From assembly GCA_009784095.1 (NCBI GenBank), contig WRDL01000002.1:1-37005 (forward strand): a DNA stretch of 37,005 nt. The letters run 5' to 3'. A program made the position numbers and the translations under genes. Source of the DNA: Coriobacteriia bacterium (GTDB lineage: Bacteria > Actinomycetota > Coriobacteriia > WRKU01). Below the pieces are notes generated by a model. That model did not search any database. It was not told the origin of the DNA and saw only the letters and a program-made list of their open reading frames with translations. Within the stretch, counting starts at the first letter, position 1. Every line of letters begins with the position of its first letter. Positions 35,525-37,005 of this stretch are shown in pieces.

Positions 35525-36883
35525 TTAATGCTTGATCTCTCGGTCGCGCAACTTCAGGCGGATCTTCTCTGCGGCGGCTTTGGTCCTGTCCCCGTCACCG
35601 CGCACGACTTTGCCTTCCTCATAGATCACCTCACCGGCGACCATCGTCATGGTGACCTCGCTGGGGTGCGACGAGTGCACGATCACGCTCTCAGGCTCAT
35701 GGGTCGGTACCTGGGCGGAGTGCGAGAGGTCGACCGCGATGATATCTGCCTGCTTGCCCGCTTCAAGTGAGCCGACCGTGTCGTCGAGCCGGAGCGCCTC
35801 TGCCCCACCCAGTGTGGCCATACGCAGGGCTTCGACCGCGGTAAAGAAGCTCTTTTTGCCGAATGCGGCGCGTTGCAGGTACAGATCGGTACGCAGCTCC
35901 TCGAACATGTCCATGCCGTTGGCGGCTGCCGGACTGTCGGTGCCGATGCCGACGCGCAGTCCCGCGTCGAGGAATTTACGCAACGGAGCGATGCCCATGC
36001 CAAGCTTGGCATTGAAACGCGGGCAGTAAGCGATCGCGACATCTTTGCGTGTGAGTATCTCGATATCGTTGTCATCGACCTGGGTACAATGGACCGCGAG
36101 CACGTTGGGCGCATCGAGAACGTCCCATTGTAAGACGTAGCGGACCGGACTGACCCCGGTGGGAAGCCAGAACGGCGCCTTTGCGTTATATTGATCGCGC
36201 ACCTCGGTCGCAAGGCGCGATGAGCCGTATTTGACGAATTCGTATTCCTCGCTGCTTCCCGCTAGATGGATCGCAACCGGTGTTCCGTCCTGGGCGTATG
36301 CACTGACCTGCTTAAACAGTTCGGGATGACATGAGTAGACGCTGTGCGGCGCGATGCCGATCTCGACGCGCTCACACGCGAGTTCTCTCCACGCGGCGAT
36401 CTCGGCAGTCACGGCATCCATCGCTTCGGCTATCGCGTTCTTATCCATCGTCTCGACCTCGTGATAGATGATCGCACGCAGACCGACTTGGCAGACCGCT
36501 TCAAGCGTCCCCTTGTTGTGGGTGATGTCGGCGATCGTCGTGATACCGGCGGTCACGGCTTCGAGCGCGCCGAGCTTGGCTGAGACATTCCAGTCTTCGC
36601 GACTCAGATGCTCTTCGGCGAGCATGAGGTGGTATTTCCACTTGGCATAGGCGCTGTCCTCGACCAGACCGCGCATGACCGAGTAGTCCAGATGCGTGTG
36701 GCAATCGACGAATCCGGGCAGGATCGCGCTCAACCCCAGATCGGTGACCTCGTGGTCGGGGTGCTTGGCCAAGATATCGGCGAGCGGCCCCACATCGATG
36801 ATGGTATCTCCCTCGATCACGATCGCGCCGTCTTCTATATATGATGAGGTGATCGGTAGGACGTAACGAGCGGTGTAGATCAT
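35525..36883 (-). CDS. Amidohydrolase-superfamily protein (MTA/SAH-deaminase / chlorohydrolase-like)
   Basis: Start trimmed to ATG 36883 (MIYTARYVLPITSSYIEDGAIVIEGDTIIDVG...), preceded by AGGAGAG. Metal-binding motif GFVDCHTHL, with later H and D ligands (AIHLAGS, GTDSPA). Confidence 0.8.
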   Translation of the reverse strand: MIYTARYVLPITSSYIEDGAIVIEGDTIIDVGPLADILAKHPDHEVTDLGLSAILPGFVDCHTHLDYSVMRGLVEDSAYAKWKYHLMLAEEHLSREDWNVSAKLGALEAVTAGITTIADITHNKGTLEAVCQVGLRAIIYHEVETMDKNAIAEAMDAVTAEIAAWRELACERVEIGIAPHSVYSCHPELFKQVSAYAQDGTPVAIHLAGSSEEYEFVKYGSSRLATEVRDQYNAKAPFWLPTGVSPVRYVLQWDVLDAPNVLAVHCTQVDDNDIEILTRKDVAIAYCPRFNAKLGMGIAPLRKFLDAGLRVGIGTDSPAAANGMDMFEELRTDLYLQRAAFGKKSFFTAVEALRMATLGGAEALRLDDTVGSLEAGKQADIIAVDLSHSAQVPTHEPESVIVHSSHPSEVTMTMVAGEVIYEEGKVVRGDGDRTKAAAEKIRLKLRDREIKH

Positions 36884-37005
36884 AAGGTCTCTCCTAAGAC
36901 TGGCTTTCTTTTTCGTGACTACTATCTTCTCCGATAGTCGCGGTATCGGCAAATGCTCCCCTGGTCCGCATCGTTTCATCGAACTGACGATGGATGTCAC
37001 TGGTC

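Noticed and set aside
1-37005. tRNA, rRNA or riboswitch/T-box leaders, checked upstream of argS, lysA, hom, mtnA and the ribosomal operons.
   Set aside because: The intergenic spacers upstream of these genes are too short (2-98 nt) for T-box, L-box or SAM elements. I saw no cloverleaf-like or rRNA-like sequence in any spacer. A covariance-model scan would be needed to be definitive.

Overview
GC-rich bacterial chromosome segment. The gene content and the argS-lysA-hom-thrB synteny point to Actinomycetota, plausibly Coriobacteriia, but I could not test this. I call 47 protein-coding genes. All are on the minus strand except one small gene at 3134-3484.

The right half (21.5-35.3 kb) is the str/S10/spc ribosomal cluster: rpsL-rpsG-fusA, then rpsJ-rplC-rplD-rplW-rplB-rpsS-rplV-rpsC-rplP-rpmC-rpsQ-rplN-rplX-rplE-rpsZ-rpsH-rplF-rplR-rpsE-rpmD-rplO-secY. 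A near-consensus promoter sits upstream of rpsL, and an amidohydrolase gene lies beyond it.

The left half carries adk-map, a coiled-coil protein plus an ABC1/UbiB-type kinase, argS-lysA-hom-thrB, mtnA, comF, a small Ala/Glu-rich protein, an HTH-cupin regulator plus acyl-CoA synthetase pair, and a truncated degV.

The main anomaly is a 7.2-kb block (14357-21526) wedged between secY and adk, which are normally adjacent. It encodes:
- a secreted surface protein with a sortase-like IPPTG signal;
- a four-subunit 2-oxoacid:ferredoxin oxidoreductase;
- a second HTH-cupin regulator plus acyl-CoA synthetase pair.

The block is bounded by copies of a hairpin-forming repeat family with the 17-nt core GTAGGGTCGGTTCCTTT. 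This family recurs at four or more intergenic loci in the window, and at two of them its TAG serves as a gene's stop codon.

Smaller oddities:
- a CxxC...CxxC motif in L24;
- acidic C-terminal tails on S5 and L16;
- no tuf between fusA and rpsJ;
- a possible 17-codon sORF between rpsZ and rpsH.

I saw no rRNA, tRNA, CRISPR array, transposase, integrase or recognisable defence gene. All calls come from reading the sequence and the ORF translations. No database search was possible.
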